Shown: one piece after another, positions 12,156 to 21,139 of the stretch
How the letters are laid out: each line of letters begins with the position of its first letter
How positions within the stretch are numbered: the stretch's first letter is position 1
From: an uncultured Syntrophaceae bacterium
GTDB lineage: Bacteria > Desulfobacterota > Syntrophia > Syntrophales > UBA8958
DNA: 64,000 nt
Direction of reading: 5' to 3'
NCBI GenBank assembly: GCA_964645835.1
Contig: CAZYDG010000043.1
Location: forward strand, 9,063-73,062
Made by a program: the position numbers and the translations under genes
The notes under the pieces: model-generated
The model's input: only the letters and a program-made list of their open reading frames with translations
Database searches by the model: none
What the model was told of the DNA's origin: nothing

Positions 12156-13066
12156 ATGCTGTAGAGCCGGGCGCCATTGGACTTGTCCACCCGGCCGTTC
12201 ATCATGTTCAGGGCATGTCCGGCGTCTATTGCGGGGACGGACAGAATTTTTGCCACATCTACGCAAACGCCGAGGGCACCTATGCCCGCGCCGACAAGAC
12301 AAAGGTCAACATCGCGGGGAATCTTCGGCAGGACGGTATCCCGTTGAGACAGCCACCGGGTTGCCACATATTCGGCCGGAAGGTCCACAAACACCAGGTC
12401 CGGACGACTTGAAAATCCTTCGAACCATGTCTTGACAGCCCTTTCATCCCAGTCTGAATTCAGGATGCAGAGCTTGCGTCGATCCACGGTCCTGGCAAAC
12501 AGGGCAGAGGTCAACCAGGCATAGATGACATAAAATGGGGTATAGTTATCGCCTGTGAGCTTGACGTTGTACCGGTCGAGGAAAGCGAGAAAGGTTGACG
12601 CAGAAGGTTTTTCCCGCCGTGGGAAAAGGGCGGAAAAAAAGCCCTCTTTTTTACGCGTTAGATTTCCCGGGAATACAAGAGGCGCCATAACACCAGATAC
12701 GGAGAGGTCCTGAAGGGCCTCACCATGAAAAGGCAGAGATTTCCTGATTTGCCGTGCAGATTCTGCCTGTCTGTAGAGGCCGTTGCATTCGAGACTTTTC
12801 TGGTAAAAGGCGTATTCACCATCGGCAAAACGGACGATGGGCAGCCCCCGGTGGTGTGTAAGAGCATCATCCAGACGAGATTGAATTCGTCTTAGGTAAT
12901 CATCGCCGCTCTTGATGGCATTGGAAAAAAGGCAAGTTTCTTCCATGACCATTTCCGGTTTGTTGACGGCGAAAACCGGAGCATTGTCGATACCGGTGAT
13001 TAAGAGTTTATTAAAATGAAAGCCTCTGATCTCCATCCAGTTTTTCATCTCGTCAGGGATCACCAT
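12140..13066 (-). CDS. Hypothetical protein, possibly GT-D (DUF1792-like) glycosyltransferase
   Basis: 308 aa. RFADGEY near the N-terminal third and LVGAGIGALGV...AIDAGH near the C-terminus resemble DUF1792. Similarity is judged from memory only. Confidence 0.35.
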   Translation of the reverse strand: MVIPDEMKNWMEIRGFHFNKLLITGIDNAPVFAVNKPEMVMEETCLFSNAIKSGDDYLRRIQSRLDDALTHHRGLPIVRFADGEYAFYQKSLECNGLYRQAESARQIRKSLPFHGEALQDLSVSGVMAPLVFPGNLTRKKEGFFSALFPRREKPSASTFLAFLDRYNVKLTGDNYTPFYVIYAWLTSALFARTVDRRKLCILNSDWDERAVKTWFEGFSSRPDLVFVDLPAEYVATRWLSQRDTVLPKIPRDVDLCLVGAGIGALGVCVDVAKILSVPAIDAGHALNMMNGRVDKSNGARLYSIWKTI

Positions 13067-13425
13067 AGTTTTTCAAAATCCTCCCGTCCATAGGATTTTT
13101 GGATGTCATCAAAATAGGTTGAACGTCGATTTTGGAGGAAATGATCCACCTGATCACGGTTAAAGAGCCGGTATAGAAAGGCTATAGGCGTCAGGATGAA
13201 AAAAAACATGATGAAGAGGATTATCCGGGAATTGACTTTACCGGCAATAGCCGCGAAGCGCATCCAGTATTCGGCGATGGCTGTCGTGATCCTGCTTTCA
13301 AAGGCGCTGCCCGCGCAGAGGGCTATGGCGGCCCAAAGAAGCCATTTCACATCGAAGATAAGATAGGCGATGAGAAAGGCCAGGGTCAGAATCGCATTGG
13401 TTTTTATAGCTTCCAGTTTTGTCAT
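13060..13425 (-). CDS. SxtJ-family small membrane protein
   Basis: 121 aa with 3-4 hydrophobic helices. The context (DUF5989 plus carbamoyltransferase) is typical of SxtJ-like proteins. Confidence 0.55.
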   Translation of the reverse strand: MTKLEAIKTNAILTLAFLIAYLIFDVKWLLWAAIALCAGSAFESRITTAIAEYWMRFAAIAGKVNSRIILFIMFFFILTPIAFLYRLFNRDQVDHFLQNRRSTYFDDIQKSYGREDFEKLW

Positions 13426-13426
13426 G

Positions 13427-13573
13427 TTAAAACAGCGTATAAATAAAAGGTGCGATGGCGGAACCGCTGGAGAAGATGAGAAATCCGATGAGCAGGAGCA
13501 TGACGATCATCGGCAACAACCACCATTTTTTGCGTTCCTTTAAGAAATTCCAGAGATCCCTGAGCAGTTCCAT
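13427..13573 (-). CDS. DUF5989 (SxtK-like) small membrane protein
   Basis: Start reset to ATG 13573, after AGGAAGGA. The 48-aa product MELLRDLWNFLKERKKWWLLPMIVMLLLIGFLIF... matches the characteristic DUF5989 pattern. Confidence 0.6.
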   Translation of the reverse strand: MELLRDLWNFLKERKKWWLLPMIVMLLLIGFLIFSSGSAIAPFIYTLF

Positions 13574-13911
13574 ATTAATAATGTCCTTCCTGTTTGTGGC
13601 TTTTACCTGAGCTAATTGCAAAAGTCCCAATATGCCGTTCCCGTGAATAACAATGATCTCCTCTATCATTGATTGATGCTGAATTCAACCCCACCTTGGT
13701 TACAGTAATCGATCACCAAAAAGTAAAAGACATTTATTCACATCTGACCAAAAGTAGCGGGGTATTGGTCTGGAGGTGAATAGGATTTTTCTCAACCCGC
13801 GTCAGTGATGTCATCTGCGAGATGAAAGAAGGTGAAAATCCCCTTAGCCGAAAAACCAATGCCACGCTACTCTCCACTTGATTCGGCTGAAGTATGGTGG
13901 TGGATTACGGG

Positions 13912-14958
13912 TTATTTCCCGGCGGGGGCGGCTGCATGAACCATCTTCAAGAGGGCTCCGCCGATGGCCTCGTGACCGGATTTCCTCCAGTGGTCGTCCA
14001 GGACGTAGTAATCATCCTTTTTGATGACCTTTGTGATATCAAGGGTCATCATATTTTTTATGGGTGGGGGATAGTTTCCGGTTTTTATCTTTTCTGTCAG
14101 TCGGCGGATGAAGTAACGATCGAAATCGTCTTTTCCCACTGCTTCCAGGGTGATCACTTGCACTTTTGACAGGTCCACCGGGCCATGGAGGACGGCATTG
14201 ATAAATAGATCAACATCGTCCATGGGTGCTTCTGCTGAAGTTGCGAGTGATTGAGCTTTGGGCTTTTTGAATTCCTTCCATTTTTTTTCTAGTTTCAGAA
14301 AGATGTATTTCCCCGCATAATAATCCTGCGGAAGCAGGTTCATAGCCGTATACCGGTCATATTCCTCGGTGGTCATGGCGGAAAGATGGTTGCCGTTCTG
14401 ATAGAAAGCCCGGTTTTCATCCTCATCGTTTTCACAATATTGAATTATGAGAAATTTCATATTGGAGGTGTCCAGACGACGTAAAAGCATCATTTCCCGG
14501 GCCGTGCCGTAAGAAGCGATACCCGTATTCAGGACCTTGCGACCGCCCTTTTTTGCAATGACGGAGGCGAAGGTATCTTCCTGATTGACGCCCCAGCCCA
14601 TGGCGTAGGAATCACCGGCAACGATAATTTCCGGTTTTTGCAGGGCAATTTCATCGTCCCGCAGGCCGTGGCGATTGATCCGGTAGAGGTTGCTGAACTC
14701 TGTGGCGGTAAATGTACAGCTTCCCGGTTTCAGGGTATATCCAACTTCATTGTCGTGGCGGGAGCATTCCGGAAGAAATTGGATGACTCTTCGGTCGCCT
14801 GTGGCGTACAGATAGCCTATGGTGTTGCGGATTCCTTTGGGGCAGCGCCTGACAAGATCCGGATGACGGACTAGATAGTACATGGCCCCTTCAAAGAAGG
14901 CGAGAATCAAAAAAATAGCCAACAGATTAAAAAGGACAACCAGAGCGGCTTTCTTCAT
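13912..14958 (-). CDS. Membrane-anchored SGNH/AlgX-AlgJ-like hydrolase or O-acyltransferase
   Basis: Start reset to ATG 14958 (MKKAALVVLFNLLAIFLIL, a TM anchor), 1 nt after the upstream stop. Block I is IIVAGDSYAMGWG. A C-terminal DDHWRKSGH resembles the DxxH block. Confidence 0.6.
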   Translation of the reverse strand: MKKAALVVLFNLLAIFLILAFFEGAMYYLVRHPDLVRRCPKGIRNTIGYLYATGDRRVIQFLPECSRHDNEVGYTLKPGSCTFTATEFSNLYRINRHGLRDDEIALQKPEIIVAGDSYAMGWGVNQEDTFASVIAKKGGRKVLNTGIASYGTAREMMLLRRLDTSNMKFLIIQYCENDEDENRAFYQNGNHLSAMTTEEYDRYTAMNLLPQDYYAGKYIFLKLEKKWKEFKKPKAQSLATSAEAPMDDVDLFINAVLHGPVDLSKVQVITLEAVGKDDFDRYFIRRLTEKIKTGNYPPPIKNMMTLDITKVIKKDDYYVLDDHWRKSGHEAIGGALLKMVHAAAPAGK

Positions 14959-14959
14959 G

Positions 14960-16822
14960 TCAATCCAGCGTGAGATCGAGCCGCCAGTCTCTTTCTTCGT
15001 GCCATGGCGGTTGCTTGGCCTTGTGGAAAACAAAATCACCCAGGACAAGGCAATCCATATCGGTCCTCATAAAGCAGCGATAGGCGTCTTCAGGGGTGCA
15101 GACGATGGGCTCTCCCCGGACGTTGAAGCTTGTGTTCACGATGGTACTGAAACCCGTCTCGGCCTTGAAGGCGTTGATGAGAGACCAGAACCGGGGATTT
15201 GTTTCCTTATGAACGGTCTGAAGCCTGGCCGAATAGTCGAGGTGAGTGATGGCGGGAATATCGGATCGCACATAGTAGAGCTTATCACGGAGGGACTGCT
15301 GGTGATAATTTGCCGGCAGGGGGTTGCGTCTTTCTTTACGAACATCGGCAATAAGAAGCATGTAGGGCGATGGTTTGTCCGTATCGAAGTAGGCCGGAAC
15401 GTCTTCGTACAGGATCGATGGGGCAAAAGGGCGGAAGCTTTCACGGAACTTGATCTGCAGATTCAGACGTTTCTGCATTTCCTTATTTCTCGCGTCACCC
15501 AGGATACTCCGGTTGCCCAGGGACCGGGGCCCCCATTCCATGCGGCCCTGAAGCCATCCTATGGCCTTCCCGGAAGCAAGTTCACAAGCCACTGCCCGGC
15601 TTAGTTCTTCCACATGTTCGTAGCGTACATAGGGAGCCTTATGGCGCTTTGCCATAGCGATAATATCCAGGCTGCTGAATTCGGGACCCAGATAGGCGCC
15701 CTGCATTTTATCCGTGCCGGTTGCTGTTGGCCTCGTCTTCCCGAAATAGAGGTGATGGGCTGCATAAGCCGCACCCAGCGCGCCGCCGGCGTCTCCCGCC
15801 GCCGGCTGAATCCAGAGATCATCGAAGAGTTTTGCTTTGACCAGCTTTCCGTTGGCGACACAGTTCAAGGCAACGCCGCCGGAAAGGCACAGGGTCTTGG
15901 CTCCCGTCAGAGCCTTGGCCGTTTTTGCCATGCGGAAAACGATCTCTTCCGTGACTTGCTGGATTGCCAAGGCCAGATCGCCGTGACGTTGGTCAATCTC
16001 CGTCTCTGCAGTTCTCCGGGGCAAACCGAACAGGGGTTCCCACTTTTCGTCTTTTACCATGCTCAAACCCGTGGCATAATCGAAATATTCCTGATTGAGC
16101 CAGATCGAGCCGTCATCCTTGAGGTCGAGGATATGATTCAAGATAGCGTCCCGATAAGATTTTACCCGTTCCGAATCGGGGTCGCCGTAAGGCGCCAGGC
16201 CCATGAGCTTATATTCCCCGGAGTTCACACGGAAACCCAGGTAATAGGTAAAGGCGCTGTAGAGAAGCCCCACGGAATGGGGGAACTTCATCTCTTTGAG
16301 GAGCTTTAAGTCCTTTCCATTGCCGAATCCGATGGAGGCCGTGGCCCACTCGCCGACGCCGTCGATGGTCAGAACTGCCGATGCTTCATAGGGAGATGGA
16401 TAAAAGGCACTGGCCGCATGGGCAAGGTGATGATCCGTAAACAGGAGCTTGGCCTTGCTCGCCGCATCGGCGTCAATCTTTGCGAGTTCGTCACGGATGA
16501 GTTTCTTCAGGAAGACTTTTTCCTTAACCCAAACGGGAATGGCAGCCAGAAAAGACCGGAATCCTTTGGGGGCAAAAGCATAATAGGTCTCCAGAAGGCG
16601 CTCGAATTTCAAAAGTGGTTTGTCATAGAAAACAACGGCATCCAACTCCGCGAGGGATAGGCCACTGTCGCGGAGACAATACTCCATGGCATGGCCGGGA
16701 AAGCCCGGGTCGTGCTTCTTGCGGGTGAAACGCTCTTCCTGGGCAGCGGCGACAATTGTTCCGTCCATCAGAAGAGCCGCAGCGGAATCATGGTAGAAGG
16801 CAGAGATGCCTAATATATTCAT
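14960..16822 (-). CDS. Carbamoyltransferase (NodU/CmcH family)
   Basis: Start reset to ATG 16822. The N-terminus MNILGISAFYHDSAAALLMDG.IVAAAQEERFTRKKHD is a family hallmark. About 620 aa. Confidence 0.9.
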   Translation of the reverse strand: MNILGISAFYHDSAAALLMDGTIVAAAQEERFTRKKHDPGFPGHAMEYCLRDSGLSLAELDAVVFYDKPLLKFERLLETYYAFAPKGFRSFLAAIPVWVKEKVFLKKLIRDELAKIDADAASKAKLLFTDHHLAHAASAFYPSPYEASAVLTIDGVGEWATASIGFGNGKDLKLLKEMKFPHSVGLLYSAFTYYLGFRVNSGEYKLMGLAPYGDPDSERVKSYRDAILNHILDLKDDGSIWLNQEYFDYATGLSMVKDEKWEPLFGLPRRTAETEIDQRHGDLALAIQQVTEEIVFRMAKTAKALTGAKTLCLSGGVALNCVANGKLVKAKLFDDLWIQPAAGDAGGALGAAYAAHHLYFGKTRPTATGTDKMQGAYLGPEFSSLDIIAMAKRHKAPYVRYEHVEELSRAVACELASGKAIGWLQGRMEWGPRSLGNRSILGDARNKEMQKRLNLQIKFRESFRPFAPSILYEDVPAYFDTDKPSPYMLLIADVRKERRNPLPANYHQQSLRDKLYYVRSDIPAITHLDYSARLQTVHKETNPRFWSLINAFKAETGFSTIVNTSFNVRGEPIVCTPEDAYRCFMRTDMDCLVLGDFVFHKAKQPPWHEERDWRLDLTLD

Positions 16823-16882
16823 AGGGTAAGTGCTTTCTATTAAATGGTTATTCCCTATAGGTTGCAGCAAGAGGAATGTCAA

Positions 16883-17935
16883 TCATTTATTTTGTGATAG
16901 TTGACCTAAAAATAATAATTTTAATAGCTTAAATCGTCTCAGTAGAACAAATGACAGGATAAGGGAAAGAAAAGTGGCCGCTCCTGCTGCAGAAATGTAT
17001 TTTGGAATGCCGTGTCCGATCCCGAATAAAAAATAACCATGGCTCACGTAGATATCAAAGGTCATTGTCCCCAGCCAGCAGAGGCAGGCGTAGCCCCGCC
17101 ATCCCCGGATCCGGTCAATGATAAAGGACATAAAGACCATGCCGGCAAATGCAACGGAATATTTATAAATGGACGCCGCAAGTTTAACATACGGTTCCTG
17201 GATAAGCTGCATCATTGGCGCATAGAACGTGGGCGGTTCATTTCGCCGCCAAAAGATAACCAAGAGAGGGAAAGCGATAACGGTAAAAAACTGGAGGAGG
17301 GTCTTGAAGTTTTTTACGGTGTCAATGTGTTTGTAAACCAGATAGCCTGCCGCATAATAAAGAAAGAGGTACCTGACTTCGGAAAATCCCAGGACCTCTA
17401 TGGAAGGAATAGCCCGTGATGCGATTATGGCGGCCACGACAAAATAATCTTCCCACTGCAACCAGTTTTTCACCCTTACGATTTGGAGGATGATGGACAA
17501 AATTGAGGTGTTGATAAACAGAACCCACAAAAACCATAGCCCGCGATCGGGAGATTGGTAAAGGGCGATGAAATACGAGATTAAGTCGGTAGCTTGACCA
17601 TTAGAAAGAATAAATAAATAATCGATGAGATACCAGACCAGAAATGGGATCACGAGGCGACAGAAATTTTTTTTCAAATGATTTATGAAGGGAGATCTCA
17701 GTTGCGAGGACAATACAAGACCGCTCAAAAACATAAAGAAAGGCATGTGGAAAGCATAGATAATCCGGAATAAATAATTATTGTCAAAATTAGCATCATG
17801 AACCTGAACTGCGTGACCCAGGACGACGAGAATTATCGCGGCGCCTTTCATCGCATCGATGTATGAATTCCTCTGCACGGAGTGTGAATGGATAGACTTA
17901 TCTGAATATGTTATTTTTATGAATGGTTTCTTCAT
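16883..17935 (-). CDS. Acyltransferase family 3 (OafA/WecH-like membrane O-acyltransferase)
   Basis: 350 aa, polytopic. Contains YIDAMKGAAIILVVLGHA and FHMPFFMFLSG. Confidence 0.8.
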   Translation of the reverse strand: MKKPFIKITYSDKSIHSHSVQRNSYIDAMKGAAIILVVLGHAVQVHDANFDNNYLFRIIYAFHMPFFMFLSGLVLSSQLRSPFINHLKKNFCRLVIPFLVWYLIDYLFILSNGQATDLISYFIALYQSPDRGLWFLWVLFINTSILSIILQIVRVKNWLQWEDYFVVAAIIASRAIPSIEVLGFSEVRYLFLYYAAGYLVYKHIDTVKNFKTLLQFFTVIAFPLLVIFWRRNEPPTFYAPMMQLIQEPYVKLAASIYKYSVAFAGMVFMSFIIDRIRGWRGYACLCWLGTMTFDIYVSHGYFLFGIGHGIPKYISAAGAATFLSLILSFVLLRRFKLLKLLFLGQLSQNK

Positions 17936-18053
17936 ATAGGTTTCTGCTGTGGCGTTGTCAATTAATAATTTTATTGATGAAATCAGGTTGTAGGCATTGG
18001 TCGATTGTTATATATAACGCCATCATCATCTTCGTTTCCCGAGCGAATAAAAA

Positions 18054-19151
18054 ATGAAATCACCTTTGACTAAACGGGTATTTACATATGCAATGCCTTT
18101 CCTGATCGTTCTCCTTTTTTTTTATCTTGCGGAATTTCTTCTTGGTTTTTATCTTGTAAAGTCTCTTCCCAGGTATGCTTTGCCGCCTTATGCGAAGCAA
18201 CGGCATATCACAGCCGATTACGACGTTTTCTATCGCTATAATAATGTATCCATCCGGGGGATGGATTTTCTGTCTCAGGCCACCTATGATGTCGTTCTTC
18301 TGGGCGATTCCTTTCTCTTCGGCCAAGGTGTGGGTGAGGGGAAAACCGTTTCCGCCATCCTGGAAGGCAAGGGTGTCAAAGTCCTGACCCTGTCGGAGAT
18401 TGCGACGAATCCCATTGATTATTTTCACAAGCTGCGCATTGTCCAGGCTCACGGTATGAAAACACGGCGGATCATTGTCGGCCTGTGCATGGGCAACGAT
18501 TTTCAAGATATTGCGGATAAACGAGTCGATGAGGCCCTGAATCAGGCCTATCGTCCGAACTTTCTTCATTACGGTGTTTCAGATTTTTTATCCCTCGAAC
18601 GCTTGCGGTATCAGGCAGGCAAGAAGGCGCGTGAATTAAGCGATGAATGGCGATGCCGTTTTTTCGGCGGCGATTGCCGGGAAAGAGTAGTTGTCCATGC
18701 ATTTGAGCACCGGAAGGTTTTTAACACAGACTGGCTTGGTTTTTTTACGGATAACCGTCCTGAGATGATGCGCGCCATGGTGGGATGGAAGGAGAGAAAT
18801 CTGGCCGCAGCCATACGGGAGGAAGACTATTTCCAGATGGCTCAGTTTTCCGAGAAATCACTTAATCAAACGGTCAAGATCCTCAATGCCGTTTCGCGTA
18901 TATCCGGGGATGCAACCGTTCATGTCCTTCTCATCCCAGGGCCTCACTATGTGATGGGATTTCGGTCGGCTGCCTATGACCGGTTTGTTGAGCGTTTTAA
19001 GGGCATGCTGGATCCGGCAGTTTCCATCATCGATCTCCACCCCCTGGTGACGCCTGCTATGCACTTCCCGCGTGACGGTCACTGGAATGAGCAGGGCCAC
19101 CGGTTTATCGCCGATCTGCTGATGAAACGCGTCTTGTCTCCTCGAGAATAA
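18054..19151 (+). CDS. Membrane-anchored SGNH/AlgX-AlgJ-like protein (paralogue-like of 13912..14958)
   Basis: 365 aa with an N-terminal TM segment. Motifs VVLLGDSFLFGQGVG, GLCMGNDF and a C-terminal FPRDGHWNEQGH. Confidence 0.6.
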   Translation: MKSPLTKRVFTYAMPFLIVLLFFYLAEFLLGFYLVKSLPRYALPPYAKQRHITADYDVFYRYNNVSIRGMDFLSQATYDVVLLGDSFLFGQGVGEGKTVSAILEGKGVKVLTLSEIATNPIDYFHKLRIVQAHGMKTRRIIVGLCMGNDFQDIADKRVDEALNQAYRPNFLHYGVSDFLSLERLRYQAGKKARELSDEWRCRFFGGDCRERVVVHAFEHRKVFNTDWLGFFTDNRPEMMRAMVGWKERNLAAAIREEDYFQMAQFSEKSLNQTVKILNAVSRISGDATVHVLLIPGPHYVMGFRSAAYDRFVERFKGMLDPAVSIIDLHPLVTPAMHFPRDGHWNEQGHRFIADLLMKRVLSPRE

Positions 19152-19983
19152 CACCGTACCGGCTCATCTTTTCCTGAATCCGATCCTTGTTATTCGCAAA
19201 GGGCAGAGTGAAGGCCAGGCTCAGAAGGCGCCACCGGGCTTTCATGCGTTCCATTCGTCTGATCCGGGCGATTGTCTCAGGACGATAATGCTTTGTGTAA
19301 AACAGATATTCCGCCCGGACCTTTTTACGCCACTTCTCCGCTGAGACGGTTGTTCGTTCCGAATAACCACCCAGGTGTACTACGACTGCCTCTTCAATGA
19401 AGCCAATTTCCCATCCCGTCTTGCGGATTCGCAGGCAGAGGTCTTCATCTTCGCCGTAAAGGAAGAAATCCTCATCGAACCCGCCGATGCCATCGATAGC
19501 CTCCCGCCGGGCCACCATGGCGGCGCCGAGGACGCAGGCGATGGTTCCCTTCATGGGCGGCAGGTTTTTCTTGCCGTATTTCTCGCCGGGATAGCGATAG
19601 GAGATCGACTCCTGGAGGGAACCATCAGGGTTGAGAATTTTGGGGCCGCCCAAGCCTACATGGGGGACTTTTCGCATATAAGCCAGGGAGCGCGTAAAGG
19701 TATCCGGCTTGACTTGTGTATCGGGGTTCAGAAAGAGGATGAATTCACCGCGGCAATTGCGTAAAGCCTGGTTGTTGGCGGCGCTGAAGCCCCGATTTGA
19801 TGTATTGGCGATCAGATGGACATCGGGGAAGCCCTGACGGATAAAGTCGAGGGTTTGGTCGGTGGATGCATTATCGACAATATGGACCTCGAAGTCACAG
19901 CCCCGATTCCCGAAAACGGATTCGAGGCATGGGATGATGAGGTCAGCCGTTTGATAGGTGACAATGATGACGGATATATCCAT
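19105..19983 (-). CDS. Glycosyltransferase family 2
   Basis: Start reset to ATG 19983 (MDISVIIVTYQTADL), 4 nt after the upstream stop. Contains VDNASTDQT, NRGFSAANN and YGEDEDLCLR. Confidence 0.85.
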   Translation of the reverse strand: MDISVIIVTYQTADLIIPCLESVFGNRGCDFEVHIVDNASTDQTLDFIRQGFPDVHLIANTSNRGFSAANNQALRNCRGEFILFLNPDTQVKPDTFTRSLAYMRKVPHVGLGGPKILNPDGSLQESISYRYPGEKYGKKNLPPMKGTIACVLGAAMVARREAIDGIGGFDEDFFLYGEDEDLCLRIRKTGWEIGFIEEAVVVHLGGYSERTTVSAEKWRKKVRAEYLFYTKHYRPETIARIRRMERMKARWRLLSLAFTLPFANNKDRIQEKMSRYGVILEETRRVSSADRR

Positions 19984-19987
19984 GGTA

Positions 19988-21139
19988 TCAGGGATGCTTT
20001 TCATGGAGCAATTCCTTATAAAGGGCTTCAACTTTCTTGACTGTTTCTTCCCAGGTACACTTTTGCGCAGTTTGAAAAGCCGCTTTGGCCATTATGGTTC
20101 GCTGCCGTTCGTCAAGAAGGATGGCCAGGCGGTTTGCGATGGCGTCTGTGTCTGTCGGATCAGTGATGACGAAACCGGTTTCTCCTTCTTCGACCAGGTC
20201 TTTCGCGCCTACGTTGGCGCTGATGAGGACGGGCAGAGACGCGGCCATGGCCTCGAGGATGACAAGGCCGAAGGTATCGAACTTGGAAAGCATGGCATAA
20301 AGGTCCCCTGCGGCGTAGATCTTTTCCAGGGCTCCCCGATCGACGATACCTGTAAAAATGAGCCGCTCGGCAATGCCGAGTTTTTGGCTGAGGCGTTTAT
20401 AGTGTGATTCATTGCCCTTCCCGGCGATGAGAAGCTTGACCGGGGCCTGAGGATTTCCTTCGACGAATCGGCCCAATCCGGCCAGAACGGCGTCAAGACC
20501 CTTGATATCGAAATTCATGGATACAAAAAGGATTACGATGTCTGCGGGACCTATACCGTAATGCCGGCGAACCTCTTCCCTGTCCCTTTCCGCCTGCACA
20601 GCAGTAGTCTCCCGGATTGTAATACCGGGATGAATGATGGGAACCTTTTCAGGAGCCATTGGATATTCACGCAGGAAAATCTCTTTCGTCAGGCCTGAGA
20701 CGGCTAGAAACCGTCGGCAGCCGCCTTCGACCATCTTCTTTTCTACCGCAATGGTCGCGCGATCAAAAAGGCTGGGTGTTTTTTTACGCCGGACATCGTC
20801 GATCCAGATGCGATGGGGGATGCCATGCATCGTGTAAAGGTCGGCCGAAAAAATCCTGTCGTGGCTGTGGATCAGATCGCAGGGAGTTGTCTCCAGGGCC
20901 TTTTGCACAAACCAGGCAAAACTGACGGTTGTGAGAAACTTGGGAAATGTGATGATGGGGATTTTATGAAAATGAACGGATGGGCTCGACACCTGCCACG
21001 TATTGGCAAATACGTGCATCTCGTATGTGTCCCGTTGGGCGAAGCGTTCCGTCAGCTCCGCCGCGAATCCTTCAGCTCCGCCGACGAGACCGTATTTGGG
21101 GATGACTACGGCAATTTTATAAGGCTTTGTCGGTTTCAT
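19988..21139 (-). CDS. Glycosyltransferase family 4 (GT1 fold)
   Basis: 383 aa. C-terminal FGLVILEAMAASLPVLIS..GA.DLV..GETG motif. Confidence 0.85.
   Translation of the reverse strand: MKPTKPYKIAVVIPKYGLVGGAEGFAAELTERFAQRDTYEMHVFANTWQVSSPSVHFHKIPIITFPKFLTTVSFAWFVQKALETTPCDLIHSHDRIFSADLYTMHGIPHRIWIDDVRRKKTPSLFDRATIAVEKKMVEGGCRRFLAVSGLTKEIFLREYPMAPEKVPIIHPGITIRETTAVQAERDREEVRRHYGIGPADIVILFVSMNFDIKGLDAVLAGLGRFVEGNPQAPVKLLIAGKGNESHYKRLSQKLGIAERLIFTGIVDRGALEKIYAAGDLYAMLSKFDTFGLVILEAMAASLPVLISANVGAKDLVEEGETGFVITDPTDTDAIANRLAILLDERQRTIMAKAAFQTAQKCTWEETVKKVEALYKELLHEKHP

Noticed and set aside
10989-12302. Long N-terminal extensions of track ORFs (10989..12302, 13912..15048, 14960..16882, 24974..26050, 45115..46428, 43562..44299, 43177..43647)
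   Set aside because: The extensions overlap the 3' ends of upstream genes. They are Arg/Pro-rich and lack homology-like sequence. Internal ATGs that abut the upstream stop give N-termini matching the expected family starts.
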